A stretch of DNA of 64,000 nt, taken from assembly GCA_903953935.1 (NCBI GenBank), contig CAJBLF010000015.1, positions 1,039-65,038 of the forward strand, written 5' to 3'. The stretch is from an uncultured bacterium. Lineage in GTDB: Bacteria; Patescibacteriota; Gracilibacteria; Absconditabacterales; Absconditicoccaceae. Shown here one piece after another: positions 20,052 to 33,669 of the stretch (positions are counted from its first letter, which is position 1; the number at the start of each line of letters is the position of its first letter). Below the pieces are notes generated by a model, which worked only from the letters and a program-made list of their open reading frames with translations, was not told the DNA's origin and did not search any database. A program made the position numbers and the translations under genes.

Positions 20052-22754
20052 ATGGCATTTACTCCAGCAATTATCCAATATCTTGATATCAAGAAAGAAC
20101 ATGAAGATTGTATCTTATTTTTTCGTATGGGAGATTTTTATGAGACTTTTTTTGAAGATGCAAAAACCTGTAGTAAAGTCTTGGATATCGTTCTAACGAG
20201 CAAGAATAAAAATTCTGAGAATTCCGTGCCTATGGCAGGTATTCCCTATCATAGTGCAGACAAATACATAACAAAACTTATCAATCATGGGTATAAAGTC
20301 GCTATTGCCGAACAAACTAGTGAACCTATTCCCGGAAAAATTGTAGAAAGAGAGGTCGTAAATATCATAACCCCAGGAACCTATATCCAAGAGACCAAGA
20401 AGGAATTTACATATACGATGGCGCTAACGTTTCTCCCCCATACTACGTGACAAAACTACCACATCGCTTGGGGTGATTTTAGTATCGGTGAGTATTGGAC
20501 TAAGAGCTTCGCTGATATCGCTGAGATGCAAAAATTCATCCTCACTATCAAACCCGTAGAGCTTATTTTTGATGTTGATTTTCCAGAAAAAGAAATGGTC
20601 ACTCTACCCGTCCAACACTATTTAAAATGTCTTATTTCCGTATGGGACTTACCCCCTGATCCAGAAAAATTTCTTGCATGAACGACGGGAGTACAACATA
20701 GCGCAAGTTATGGAAAGGCCATTGAAGAGTGAAGACTAGGTACGATCGCACTCCTCCTCTATTATTTGAAACACACCCAAAAACATGCACTGACCAATAT
20801 CACGAAAATCTCCTTTCATAGTCAGGATACCTATCTTATTTTGGATGAAGTCACGATAAAGAATTTGGAAATACTGTCGTCTACCTATGAGAGCAATGAA
20901 AAATATAGTTTATTGAATATTATAGATACTACCCAAACAGCTGGTGGTGCAAGACTTCTTCGTTATGTTATTACTAATCCTATCAAAGACAAACAACAAC
21001 TTGAACGAAGACTCACTACCATAGAAAAATACATGAACGATGAAACAATGGAACGATTGATTGATGGAAACATATATAGAGAGCATATTAGCAAACGCAT
21101 TCATCAGATGTTGAGTCATGTTCGTGATATTCCAAAAATTATAAGCATACTCTTATACAAGAAACTATTGCCAAATACTTTTATCAAGCTCAGAGCAACC
21201 TTGAGAATTTTTTTCGAAAATAAATTTTTGCTTGATGAATTAAGCTACTTGTGACTCAATGAAACTATCCAGTGACATGTACAACACATATACAACCATC
21301 TCGAACAACTTTTGAAAAACGATGAAGAATATAAAGATGATATAGATTTCATCCGTGATGGGTATCAAGAAAAAATAGATGAACTCAGAAAGATAGCATA
21401 TCACAGCGATGAGCTTCTCATGCAGTATCAACAAGAATTGGCAAGAGTCTGATGAATACCAAACGTAAAAGTAAAATACGTATTGAATCAGTGATATTTT
21501 CTTGAGGTAACGAATAAAGACATTGAGACTTTTGAAACAAAGATCTCAAATTCAGAATTGAGAATGCAGAATGCAGAATGAAAATTTGAAATAGTTCGTA
21601 GAAATACGCTGAAATGAGGTCAGAGATATTCTTCTCCGTACCTGGAAAATCTAGAAGTACATATATTGCAAGCAAAAGACGATTTACGCAGTTTGGAGTT
21701 TACATTACTCCAGCAAGCACAAGAAAAAATAGCATGATGAGTAAAAGAGTTGAATGAGTTTGCTGAACGAATAGCTCGGTTGGATCTATTTGTTTCTCAG
21801 GCACTATTAGCAAAAGAAAAATCTTTTGTAAAACCCGAATTTATTTCATGAGACAGTTTAACTATTATCGAATGAAGACATCCCGTAATCGAAAAATACC
21901 TTCCCCTTGATCAACAATTTATACCAAATGACCTTATACTAAATGGAGAATTGAATATTGACGTATCTTCGAATGAGGGAAATTGAAAATTAGAAATTGA
22001 AAAATCTGATTTTCTACATATCATTACATGACCAAATATGTGAGGTAAATCAACCTATCTGAGACAGAATGCACTTATTGTTTTGATGGCACATTGTGGA
22101 TTATTTGTACCTGCAAAAGTATGCAAAATAGGAATAGTAGATGCGATTTTTGCGCGTATCGGTAGTGGTGATATCATCGCAAAAAATCAATCTACGTTTA
22201 TGACAGAAATGATTGAAGTAGCAAACATATTAAATAATGCGAGTAAAAAATCATTCATCATTTTCGATGAATTATGACGTTGAACAGCAACGTATGATGG
22301 TCTTGCATTAACCAAAGCAATACTAGAATATCTCGTCACGAATATCGAGGCAAAAACATTGATAGCGACACATTATCATGAATTAATTCAGTTGGAAGAG
22401 ACTCTGCCTGGAGTAAAAAACTTTTCCGTCAGTGTCTATGAAACAGAAAAAGAAGTTGTCTTTATGAAAAAGATCGTCAGATGATGAGCGAGCAAGAGTT
22501 ATGGTCTCGACGTAGCAAAACTCGCATGAATACCAGCGACTATAGTAGAAAGAGCAAAATATAATCTCGAACATCTTGAACAAAACACAAAAAACACAGG
22601 ACAAGAAAACACTCCTATACCTTTGACCATTGATCTTCCACCTTCAAAAAATTATGAGAAAGTACATACCATACTCCAGAGCTATGATTTAAATAGCATC
22701 ACTCCTCTGCAAGCATTACAGATTTTAGACAAAATCAAAGACGAATTGCTGTAA
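20052..22754 (+). CDS. mutS: DNA mismatch repair protein MutS
   Basis: [17 protein letters not shown]-loop [15 protein letters not shown], DELgRgTATYDG, THYHEL. About 900 codons in one frame. TAA at 22752. Confidence 0.9.
21551..21592 (+). repeat. Heptamer array (TTCAGAA TTGAGAA TGCAGAA TGCAGAA TGAAAAT TTGAAAT) inside mutS
   Basis: In frame it encodes [15 protein letters not shown]. Confidence 0.8.
21977..22004 (+). repeat. Heptamer array (GGGAAAT TGAAAAT TAGAAAT TGAAAAA) inside mutS, just before the P-loop
   Basis: In frame it encodes EGNgKLEIEKS. Confidence 0.8.
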
Positions 22755-22777
22755 ATTTTTATATATCATTGTATCGT

Positions 22778-23563
22778 ATGAAAAAGGGAGAGATATATAT
22801 AGATCTAAACATCCAAGATCCCAACTGCACCATGCTATGTCCAGGATATATATATTTGGAAGATAAAGATGGATTTCGCACACGCGATAAAAAAGAGCGA
22901 GATCCTGACAATCTTCTTAAACTTGAACATATGATATCTACCCGTATGCAAAAACGCTATCAAGAAGAACTTTTGGACACACTCAATAAAAACACACCGA
23001 TATTATACATTGATTGTTCACAAAAATGAGAAGATGATATCATGCTATTTATTTTTAAAGAATATATCAAACAATCACAAGCACACAACAAAAACAATAT
23101 CGTGAGTAATGCTATTTGAAGACATACTATTGTAACAGAAAGCAAAGAACAATGGGACAAACATATTAAAGAAAATAATTTAACTCTTGATGGAATATTA
23201 CACTATTATAGTGAATCACTCAAAACATTATTACAAAAAAATACTGATGAAGAACGAAGAAATAGACTTTTGAATTTTGAAAGTGATATTACCTTCAATG
23301 GACTAGGTCAACTCATGGAAGATGAATGACATACCCACATAACACTCTATCTTGATAGAGTACAATCACTCAGTATAGAGGAACAACAGCGCATCAATAT
23401 GCTTCTTTTTACGAGATGAAACATCCCCCAAAACAAACGAATCAGACTCAAGATAAACGATGGCCAATGATCATGGAAAACATGGAGAACTATGTCTGGA
23501 CATAGAACCGAAGCAACTCATGATTATTCTGAAATAACTATACGTGAAAATGAATTGGAATAA
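22778..23563 (+). CDS. Hypothetical protein
   Basis: ATG 22778, one frame through five TGA to TAA 23561. This stop abuts the stop of the convergent gene. Confidence 0.5.
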
Positions 23564-24250
23564 TTATTTTTCAAGAATTTTCCATTCACCTGCTTTCAAA
23601 TCTCCTAAACTATATTTTCCTTCACGTACTCTTTCGATATCCATCACACGGTATCCGATAGTCTTAAACATTCTACGGATATGTCTTTTTTTGCCTTCAT
23701 TAAGCGTTATAGTATAATGATACTTTTTTTTGTTCTTAGTAATCTTTATTGCTCTAAGCATTTCATCCTCGTCTTTGACTCAGGAGAGTGCTCTCTGGAT
23801 ATCTTTGGATTCCAATTCCATATCAAGTTCTACTATATATTCTTTTTCTATACCATGTTTTGGATGTTCGTATTCGTTGACCAATGCAGGATCATCAGTC
23901 AGAAGAAGTAATCAATGAGAATTCTTGTCCAGTCTTCAGATATAATAATAATTTGTATATTCTGGAGGAAGTATTTCATAAATTGTTTTGTTGTGTGGAT
24001 CAGATTTGGAAGCAACATAACCAAGAGGTTTATTTAGCAAAATAAGTGTAGAGGATGTTTGTTTTTCTTCGATAATCTCATCTATCTTAAAATTTGGTGC
24101 TTTGATAGAAAGCTTATCACCAGTTATGACTTCTTGCGTATATGAGGTGATTTTTTTTCCATTTATAGAAACATATTCTTTGTTTACCATTGCAACAAAG
24201 TTTCTTCTAGATAGTTGATGACGTGTTTGTATATAAGTAAGTAAGCGCAT
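23564..24250 (-). CDS. rRNA pseudouridine synthase, RsuA/RluB family
   Basis: N-terminal S4-like domain. Catalytic motif gRLDKNSHgLLLLTDD. C-terminal GKKRHIRRMF. Confidence 0.8.
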
Positions 24251-24334
24251 ATTTTTTTATAACGATAAAAAGAGAACCTTACGATCCCCTTTCTACTACT
24301 TTGTCAGCGGATTTCAACCTATCTATGTAGGGAA

Positions 24335-24550
24335 TTATTCTGCTGTAGGTGTTGGAGCAACTTCTGTAGTTGGAGCTTCTACTGTTCCAGTCACTGTTGT
24401 GTCTGTTGTAGGTGCAACTTCTACTACTGGAGTTGTTGTTTCTTCTACTACTGGAGTTGTTGTTTCTTCAGTTGTTGCAGGCTTATCCATGCATCCAGCA
24501 AAAAGAGCAACACCAGCTACTAGAGCTCCTAGAGTTAGTAATTTTTTCAT
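24335..24550 (-). CDS. Small Thr/Pro-rich lipoprotein
   Basis: Signal peptide with lipobox LFAGC. A perfect 24-nt tandem duplication at 24421-24468 encodes EETTTPVV twice. Confidence 0.65.
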   Translation of the reverse strand: MKKLLTLGALVAGVALFAGCMDKPATTEETTTPVVEETTTPVVEVAPTTDTTVTGTVEAPTTEVAPTPTAE

Positions 24551-24752
24551 AGTAACACATTTTAATTATATAAAAAAATATTTAATGCAACCGGTGTATA
24601 AAAAAATCTGGCACAATTGCAAGAGGATTGTTGACATTTTTTTATGAACACTTTTTTTGATTGTGCCTAATAAAGATTATTTTGACAAATAGGAACAAAA
24701 AGAATATACTTATTATCATAAGCAAATACTTTATTGTAAGAGTTTATATAGT

Positions 24753-26918
24753 ATGGATACACTTCAAACAAAAATCATAAACAGCTACAAGAAGATATCG
24801 GGTTTTATCTTTCATTATCTAATTTTTCTTGTTGCCTTCATTATTGCTGTATTCATCTTCCAAAGAATACTCTCGCAAGCATCCTCCATACGCGTATTTC
24901 AATCTAACAATATTCTTTCACTACAAAAAACAAAGCTGATTACAGAATTTACTACGTTTCTAAAACAATATACACAAGGAAACGACATTCAGATTACCAT
25001 TCTCCAATGAGATTTCCAAGCCTGAAAAGAATCCATAACATCGGTAAACAACCTTATCACCTACAAAGGCTTTGTTGTACCGAGATACTTTTCTATGGAT
25101 ACCACTATGACTATTAAGCCTCTCAGCTATTTTTCCTGAGAAACCTATGACACCGCTGAATTAGAACATTTCATAAATACTTTCCTCTTTACCAAAAAAG
25201 CATCGGTTTCTCAATCTGTAGCCCGCTCCCAATTACCGATATCAAAATCATTGGTCGACGACTTCAATCTCTCTTGTCTCTTTGAAAAAAAATTTTCCAC
25301 AAGTACATGTGATTATTATCTCAATACATTCCTAGATAGTTTTTTTGTCTATGACATCTCCTCAGATTATTCTGGACTCAAAAACATTTTCAACGCACTC
25401 ATTACCTCCCCTACCAAAAAAAACAACATATGTGAATGATTGTCAAAATATTCTCTGTATGCTAACAATCAACACGACACCATCAAGGAGTTATTGAATA
25501 TGTGTGGAAAAACATATTGAGATATTTTCACAAGAACTACCTTTTTTATAGAGATACAAAAAACATTGGAAAATCAAATATTCGATAAAACCACCTATAA
25601 AGATCCTATACTCAACACCTATAAGTTACTTTCCTACCAACAACAAATATATCAGGACTTTCTTATCAATAAGACCGATACCTACAAGATAAGTACCTAT
25701 TTGGATTTCGTCAGAGAGTTGCTCAAAAAACAAACTATTGACCCATTTTATATGGATGAAATATATCGATATAACAATAACTATCTTGATATAACGCTTG
25801 AACAACTCACCTATCAATCAAGCAACTTTAGTCAAAACTTATGAAGCAGTAAATTCACTCCAATTATTATCAGCATCAAAACACTTAACGAATGAGATGC
25901 TATGCTCGGCTTCTCTTGACTAACCAAACTCATCAAAAACACATCACTTATCGTACAAAGAGAATCACTTACCTGAACGATTAATGATATGAATCAATCA
26001 GAAAAAATCCAAAAAAAACTCCAAAGCATCTATTATTTAACCATAGAAAAACAAAGCGTCCTCGAAAACACTATTGATATCATAGGATATATAAAATTTT
26101 TCTCTAAGGATAAAAATGAAACCATAAAAACACATATCATCATGGAATACAAAAATGACACACTTCTTGTAAAAAATATAGAACTCCAAAACAAACCTGA
26201 GATGAATGATGTCATCAAAAACCTTCTCATAATCCAGGATTTCCCTATCGGAGAACTATATAGCTATATCTCCAAAAATCTTGTCTTTTATGAACAAACC
26301 GACATACCTACAGACCTCTGCCCTTGATTACAATCACTTAGATCTATATCTGTCATCTCATGTACGCCTATTTCAGCGATACTAGAACAAAAAGCCATAC
26401 GCTATGAATTTACCCTCAAAAATGGCGGTATAGAAAGCATCAATATCTCTGACAAAACACTGGAAGGTCTTATTAAATCTTCATATGGTACCATCGTTTC
26501 CAATGTATTCTCACTTATAGATACTATCCAAACAATATTGAATTATGAACTACCTACACAAGTACATGAAGGAACCACCAACGCTATTGTTGTTTTTGAA
26601 AAAATTCAACAATATATGTGAATCAAAACAAACGATATTGCTGACAAGAGTTGAAAGGTTCTTGTAGATATCTCATTTGGATGAATCAATTTTATAGTAA
26701 ATTACGTCCTAAAAACTAATACGCTCGGACCCCGATATTTCAAAGATATATTATCAAATAACAAACCATATTTGATACAAAATTTCAATTTAACGCTTGA
26801 TGATGCTAACCAAAACACTATAAACGCTTTTGTCATGGATCCTTTGGCTGCAATCAAAAATTCTGACATCACTGCATGGCAGAATTACCAAGCCTTCATA
26901 CAACAAAAAAAGAAATAA
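24753..26918 (+). CDS. Large hypothetical protein (721 aa) with N-terminal TM helix
   Basis: Track ORFs at 24753, 25251, 25566 and 25989 share one frame and are linked only by TGA. TAA at 26916. No family recognised. Confidence 0.55.
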
Positions 26919-26963
26919 TCCGGATTTTTTCCATGCACAATTTATACTTTGTATTTTTTGTAT

Positions 26964-27959
26964 ATGTATAAAAGATTTACTCTTGATGAACTCAAAACGG
27001 TACAAAATACCTTTATCAGTAATTTTTATGGTATCCTCAAAAAAGAACACTGCATGATGGCTATCGATCTTTTTAAAAAGATATTTAAGGAAGGCAATGA
27101 AATCTATTATATGTATAGAGGAGACTTTACTTTTAGATTTCAAAAAAACAATTCGGAGTATGTCCTTATGGATGAAAAAGAGAAAATTCAAGTAGTGCTC
27201 AACGAGCAGGACACAAGAGAATTTCAGTGAATGGTCAAAAATTTCATACTCAAAAAAGAAAAAATAACCTGACAAAAAACTATAGAACAGATACTTCTAG
27301 ACGAATTTCATACGGGAAAATATTCCACGCTCTGATGAAAAAATTATATGGTCTATGATATCGAAACAGATACTAATATCGAAAATCTCAAAGAAACAAA
27401 ATTTCTCCTTGCATATGCTATGTATCCCACCACAGGAAACAAAATGACATACGAATATGTCGACCAAGAATGATTACAGGATTTCGTAAAAAAAATGTTA
27501 GATTTTGATGGATATATTGTTGGATTCAATAGTATTGCATTCGATAATATAGTATCCGTATATAACGTAGGAGGAAATGACGATGATATCCAAAAATTAC
27601 ATGATAAAAGTATTGATCTATTCCTTTTTGTACGAGCTATGACTGGCAAAAGATTATGATTGAACAAGATAGCTGAAGCATTAGTCAATGTAAGTAAAAC
27701 ACTTACCTCATGAGCCGAATGAGAAATATTATATAAAAAATATATCGAAGAACATGATCTTGATGCGTTGGAGGAATTTAAAAAATATTGTAAAAACGAC
27801 GTAAGAATGACCATGCTTATCTTTCTCTATTTCATGCATTTCAAAAAAATATTTATAGAAGGAGATGAGATTACCTTTACACTTGAAGATTTACAACATC
27901 AATCTCGTCAAGCAGCAAAAGAAACAGGTCGTATGGTTTGACAGAATATGTTTGAATAA
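26964..27959 (+). CDS. RNase H-fold 3'-5' exonuclease (PolB-exo-like) with unassigned N-terminal domain
   Basis: Exo motifs YDIETD, GFNSIAFD, YCKNDVRM. One frame through several TGA. The minus-strand track ORFs here are artefacts. Confidence 0.6.
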
Positions 27960-27966
27960 AAATTTA

Positions 27967-28001
27967 TTGAGAATTGAGGATTGAGAGTTAAGGATTAAAT
28001 A
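27967..28001. repeat. Heptamer array TTGAGAA TTGAGGA TTGAGAG TTAAGGA TTAAATA
   Basis: Begins 8 nt after the stop at 27959. Confidence 0.8.
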
Positions 28002-28009
28002 TTGTTTTT

Positions 28010-28041
28010 ATTATAGACTGTTCTAATTTACAATAATTCAT
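28010..28041 (+). promoter_or_regulatory. Conserved intergenic core motif, copy A (ATTATAGACTGTTCTAATTTACAATAATTCAT); possible -10 TACAAT
   Basis: 25/32 identical to copy B (42527-42558). Lies about 48 nt upstream of ATG 28082. Confidence 0.4.
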
Positions 28042-28081
28042 ACAAATCAAATCAATTCATTCATCATTCATTATTTGAAAA

Positions 28082-28864
28082 ATGGATATCAAAGACAGCC
28101 TTAGAAAATTCTATGATGCTAATGCAGAAAAGTATTATCAGACAAGAAACAAACATCGATCCGATGCAGATATTTTTTTGGAAGAAATAAAAAATAGCGA
28201 AAAAAAAACAGTACACATATTGGAATTTGGTTGTGGAAGTGGGAGACTTCTTGCATACCTACTCACGCTCAAATGAATCACTATACATTATACTGGGGTC
28301 GATATCTCCAAAAATCTTCTGACTTTTGCAAAAAAGCAACTCACCAACAAAACAACCGCTAAACATATCAAAGCTACATTCATCTGTGATGATATATCAC
28401 ATTACCTCAGATGACCAAAACAGGAATCTTTCGACTTTGTCATCGGCGTAGCAAGTTTTCAACATATTCCAACGAGTAAAGAAAGATTTTTTGTTATGAA
28501 AAGCATCTATAGAATATTACAATACGATGGTAAACTCATTATGACCAACCGGTCATTCTCTCTACGATTTCTTAGAAAATATCAACAAGATTTTTTACGT
28601 TCATTGGGGAAATATATCATCTCATTGGGCAAACATCAATGGAATGATCTTATGATACCCCGACAAGATGGCAAAACTACCCATAAGAGATTCTATCATA
28701 TCTATACCCTGACTGAATTGAAAAAAATAGCATCTCTCAGTGGTTTCGTCATCAAACAATTGGGATATATCAACAAATGAATACTTAGCTACACATGGAA
28801 ACAGTCACAAAACTCCCTCATTATAGCACAAAAAAGCATATTCTTGCAAAATACCCCAAATTAA
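28082..28864 (+). CDS. SAM-dependent methyltransferase
   Basis: Motif I ILEFGCGSGRL, VDIS, FQHIP. Three in-frame TGA, including the track stop at 28778. TAA at 28862. Confidence 0.7.
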
Positions 28865-28953
28865 GTATCATACATGCAACATATCAAAAAGCATTGAAAA
28901 TACGCTACACCGCAACTTATTCTAAGGTTTTATCGTCTTACCCCTCTTGGATT

Positions 28954-29532
28954 ATGAAAAAAACTTTTTCTTTTATGTTAGTCATGAGTCTATTCTTCCT
29001 TTTGGGATGTACAAAACAAAGTTCGCCTACTATCGTACCTACAGCTCCTACCACTCCGACCACTAGTCTTGAAGAAAACATTCCTGCTCGACAGACCTAC
29101 GAGAGCAAAATTGATGGTTTCCTCATCCAATTTCCTTCCACTTGGACTGCTCAAGAAAAAGTCTATGGATCATCTGTTACCTTTAATTCTCCCACCAACG
29201 AAACTGATAAAATCAAAGAGAACGTAGCCATTAATACATCAAAATTAAATAACACATACACCATCGATGAATATTTTACTGCCAATAAAGAGAGATTAAT
29301 TACACAGACTTGATATGTAGAAATCGAAAATAGTACTATCAAAATCAATGAGATGGATGCAAAAAAAATCATATTCAAAAGCATATACAAAGACTATAAA
29401 CTTCAATTTGAAGAAGTATTCATCATTAAAAATACCACACTCTATACAATAACCTATACAGCTACTGAAGCTACCTTCAATGACTTTGCCCAACAAGTAA
29501 ATGAAATGATTGCAACATTTGAAATCAAATAA
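28954..29532 (+). CDS. Lipoprotein, hypothetical
   Basis: MKKTFSFMLVMSLFFLLGC lipobox followed by a Pro/Thr linker. One TGA. TAA at 29530. Confidence 0.6.
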
Positions 29533-29562
29533 TACCATAAAGATATTTTCACTATAAAAAAA

Positions 29563-29583
29563 GCCCGGGGAAATACCCGGGTC
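29563..29583. terminator. Bidirectional stem-loop GCCCGGG-GAAATA-CCCGGGTC between convergent genes
   Basis: A-run upstream and T-run downstream. Confidence 0.7.
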
Positions 29584-29604
29584 CTTTTGTAGTAAAACTA
29601 CAGA

Positions 29605-30111
29605 TTAATCTTCTTTCTCCTCAGAAAAACCACTCTCTTTTCTTGTCTTGGGGTCCATGACCTCTATCTCGACTTCATCCAGCCTGGGAATATCATAGAG
29701 GAATCCACCGGCATACTGCATATCATCCATTATGAGTCTTCCGAGACTGACAACCATGATAGGCCTGAAAAAATCGGTTTTGGTCTGAATAAAAATCTCC
29801 AGTGCTTCACTGATGGTCACTCCCGCTTCTGTCTTATGCAGATCAGGAAACAATTCAGTAATACGGAAGAGTTTAAGCGTTTTCCGTCCTTTCTTGCGAA
29901 CGATGAAGAAGATGGCGCGAAGCTCATTTTCTGCATCATCCTTGGTCAAGATAGTCTTATCGAGCAACGATTTGGGGTTTTTTGATTCAACAGCCCAATA
30001 CAACATCTGACGATCCGGATTTACAGGAAGGATTCCGAATTTCTTAAACATTCCCTCAAGAAGAGGCACACACTGACTGTGTTTTTCTGATAAATTGGTA
30101 ATTTTTGCCAT
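29605..30111 (-). CDS. Hypothetical protein (no TGA)
   Basis: ATG 30111 (MAKITNLSEK..) is preferred. The longer track ORF would overlap the upstream gene's 3' end. TAA stop. Confidence 0.5.
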   Translation of the reverse strand: MAKITNLSEKHSQCVPLLEGMFKKFGILPVNPDRQMLYWAVESKNPKSLLDKTILTKDDAENELRAIFFIVRKKGRKTLKLFRITELFPDLHKTEAGVTISEALEIFIQTKTDFFRPIMVVSLGRLIMDDMQYAGGFLYDIPRLDEVEIEVMDPKTRKESGFSEEKED

Positions 30112-30181
30112 ACGCAGAATTATTATTTTATTATTATTTTGTATATATACCATACATATTTTACACAAAATAGCAAGCTTT

Positions 30182-30643
30182 TTATATGGAAGAAATTTGA
30201 TTACATGCTCGCATGAAAATAGCCGAACTCTGGCCCACATTGAGCGATTCCTTGATTCCACACATGGGAATATGCACGACCTTCTCCACTAATTTCAATG
30301 TTGAATCCAACACCCCATCGACTTCGTTTCAGAAAATTATGGCTATACCTATATGTTCTCCCTTTTTTAATGTTGCTAGAGAAACTGATGTCTCTGTTAT
30401 TTCAGCTGCAATCACTAGTAATCATGCTTTTTTTGCATACTCGATAGCTTCTGGTGTATGCCCAAATTGCTTCAATCCAACATTGGTTTCAGCACCAAGC
30501 GATGTCTTTACCACTTTTTGCGTATCTTCTGGCGATGGTGTATATCCAGTTAGTCGGACCTGCCATCCCAGTGCATCAGCAGTACGAATAATATTTCCTA
30601 CATTGTAGGCAGAACGAATATTTTCGAGAATCACTACATTCAT
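30182..30643 (-). CDS. SpoU/TrmH-family RNA 2'-O-methyltransferase
   Basis: NVGNIIRTADALG, IIFgNEVDGV, IPMCGIKESLNV. TAA at 30182. Confidence 0.75.
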
Positions 30644-30669
30644 ACTATATACTTATATCGTAAAAAGCT

Positions 30670-31407
30670 TTATTCCTTATGTAGACAAAATACCAAGTAT
30701 TTATCCTTTTGATCGTATTCGACATGATATCATGATATCAAAAGATTATCCAGTGTGCTAATAATTTCATCTGAATGACTTGAAATATTATGAACCCCCA
30801 TGATTTTTCATCATGATTTGGTTATGAAAAATGCACTTTGTAATGCTTTCCTCATCTCCTCTATCACCAGAGCATTATCTCCTTTATAGAGTTTATCCAA
30901 AACAAAATTAAAAAACACCACATCCTGACTATTAGAATCAATTCATTGTATATCTTGAGCAAATGATGGATTACGTACTATCTTTTGATCTGTACTAATA
31001 TCATAGTGTTGTCGTCTTTCTATGCCCGTATATATCTCTTTTTGAGCAAGTAATATATGTGCTACATTTTTTGCGGTGGATTGTTGGGTCTGGAGTAATC
31101 TGTTTCATGCTCTTTCTTTTTCCTGTTCCAAGATGTCATTGAAATTTTCAGAAGCAAATATGGGATCTACTATTATTAATTTTTTTGCACTTGCATACAG
31201 TTCAAAAGCTAAATTACTAAGTCATCATCAGACATCTGTCACCTGTTTATCTACGATTTCCGGATATATATCTCCTTGTTTTTTTAGTCACAAAAGATCC
31301 AATGCTTTGGATCCAGATATTTGTGGAGCAACCAATATACCGTTGTTCAAACCATTATACACATATTTTTCTTCATATAAATCTTTCACTGATTGTTGCT
31401 TGTTCAT
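30670..31407 (-). CDS. SAM-dependent methyltransferase-like protein
   Basis: Motif I VTDVgggLSNLA, encoded with three consecutive TGA (31222-31230), then KKLIIVDP. One frame from ATG 31407 to TAA 30670. Confidence 0.55.
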
Positions 31408-31429
31408 CACATTCCTACAAAAGTAAAAT

Positions 31430-32002
31430 TTATACTATTGTCTTATAATATATCTTTTGTGCTTCTGTCGAAAATAATGTCCTTTTACTTACTCAAGATT
31501 TTTTGGTCGCATCATATATCTGAGGATATCCATTTTTGTTTCCTGCAAAAATAGCAACATGACCACAGAAATTTTTTTTATCAACAAAAAACAATACTGA
31601 TCCGGGAATAATATCAGAATTTTGGAGTATACCATTATCTCCGAAACGTAAGGTTTGTGTAGGCTTTTCTTTTTTAAACATATTTGGTGTCGCATACACT
31701 CATTCAAATGTTTTTTTTCCTGCGTCTGCAAATACTTTTTTTACAAAAGTATCGCAAACATATTTATTTCTACCTACTCAGTATCCATAATTTTTATGTG
31801 TCATCTCCTCTGCTCTGTTAAGAATTTCATCCATACTTTCTTCTACTTTTTGTTCGTTTTGTGCAATAATTTGCTCTCACAAATCACTTCGTTCTTTTTG
31901 TGATGCATCCAAGATATCTGCCACCTCTTTTTGATCATAGTTTAAAATTTCCATATACATCAACAACAAAATAAAACATCTGTGTATACGTTTTTGCTCC
32001 AT
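31430..32002 (-). CDS. NlpC/P60-family cell-wall hydrolase
   Basis: YGYgVGRNKYVCDTF (catalytic Cys) and GHVAIFAG (His). The frame reads through the TGA at 31493 to TAA 31430. Confidence 0.65.
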
Positions 32003-32088
32003 TTTTTCAATAACGATTGATTTGTTTTAGAATTTCTTTAGAGTATTTTGTGCTTCATTATCAACGTTTATACTCTCTATGTATTGAT

Positions 32089-32448
32089 ATGAATAAGCAT
32101 ACAACACTACTCATTACTACAGCCATCGTCGGAGGATTAACAACATCGTCTTGTGAAAAGGAACAATATATCATTCCTGATAGTAAAAAAAACCTTACTC
32201 CATCTACAGTCATCATCACACCTGACACTGTACAAAAGCCATACGACAATCATCCCAACTATGAAAACACCTATGAAGAACTTCTAAAGATTCTTGATCC
32301 TACTAGTAAATCTTTTACTAAAAATGCATCTCAAACTACAGATACTACCATGGAAAAAAAAGCAACAATAAATAAATCAATTCCATCAAAAACCAACCAA
32401 TCAAAAAAAAATATTATTGAAAAAATCTGGTCTATTTTCCAGGATTAA
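32089..32448 (+). CDS. Lipoprotein, hypothetical
   Basis: MNKHTTLLITTAIVGGLTTSSC lipobox-like signal. TAA stop. Confidence 0.55.
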   Translation: MNKHTTLLITTAIVGGLTTSSCEKEQYIIPDSKKNLTPSTVIITPDTVQKPYDNHPNYENTYEELLKILDPTSKSFTKNASQTTDTTMEKKATINKSIPSKTNQSKKNIIEKIWSIFQD

Positions 32449-32537
32449 TGCTACTTCCAGCTCCTCCTATACTATTTTCTCTATCATGTACATCACAAAA
32501 TCTCTTACAACCTATACGGTAAGAATAAACATAGTAT

Positions 32538-33284
32538 TTATTTTTTTATTTCATTTATAAAATTTTTATCTTCTTTCTCTTTTTTTAGTTTATTAATTCC
32601 ACTACTAATAGCACTTTTTCTCTTAGCTAACACATAACTGCGCAAATGATCCTGATAATATCTTGGATTGGGGAGAATAGCCGCAAGTAAAGCAGATTGG
32701 CTTTTGGTTAATTTATCTGCAGAAGTATCAAAGTAATAGTGTGCTGCTTGGTCGATACCGTAAATACCATCACCAAATTCTACGATATTGAGATAGACTT
32801 CAAGGATTCTTTGTTTGCTTCGTCAGATTTCCATAAGCACAGTAAAATAAGATTCTAATATTTTTCTAAAGATGGAACGACCTTGTCGAAGGAATAAATT
32901 TTTTGCCGTCTGTTGGGTTATAGTACTTCATCACACACTCACTGATTGATTTTTGATATTGATTTCTAGAGCATTTCGAATTGCATCGAAATCAAAACCA
33001 TAATGATTAAGAAATTTCTGATCCTCTCCTGCCATAACAGCATACATACCATAATCAGATATCGCCTCAATAGGCACCCAAGTATATTTGAGAACTATAG
33101 GTCTATTGTCTGCGACTTGTTCTATAAATCTCGTCACCATCAATGGCGTCATTCATGGATTCTGCCATTTGTAGAGAAGAACAAAATATATTGATGTAAT
33201 GAAAAAAATAAACAGTAAGGATCTAAATCGTCCTTCCAGTTTTCGAAACCAATATTCTAATCGTCGTGATAGTCTATGTCTCAT
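32538..33284 (-). CDS. mtgA: Monofunctional peptidoglycan glycosyltransferase (GT51)
   Basis: N-terminal TM helix, then [12 protein letters not shown], [15 protein letters not shown] (TGA-TGA at 32928-32933) and RKILE. Confidence 0.85.
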
Positions 33285-33619
33285 GCCGAAACTATATATT
33301 TTATGGAGTAAAAAACAATGAATTTTGGTTTCAAATATATTTTACATTATTATATTTCCTTCGGAGACATACTTTTTTTATCATTGCCATAAAAAAAGTA
33401 TGCAAAAAAACCTCTAGCCAGATGCAAATACAACGAACTGTCATTTCATTATATACGACTTATTTATCTCACCTTGTTCGCACACATTCGTGTGACTCAC
33501 ATCAGTTCGATTATACTGATTGTTTCAAATTTGGGGAGTGTCTGGCATGCATCTTGCTTGGATACTATAGTAAAATTAAAACGTAAATAATTTTTTTGCT
33601 GGAAAATTCTTCTTGATAC

Positions 33620-33646
33620 AAAAAAGACGACACGATACGGTCGTCT
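33620..33646 (-). terminator. Rho-independent terminator
   Basis: On the minus strand, GACGAC-loop-GTCGTC followed by a T6 run. Confidence 0.75.
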
Positions 33647-33669
33647 CCCCATATGAGATAAAGTATATC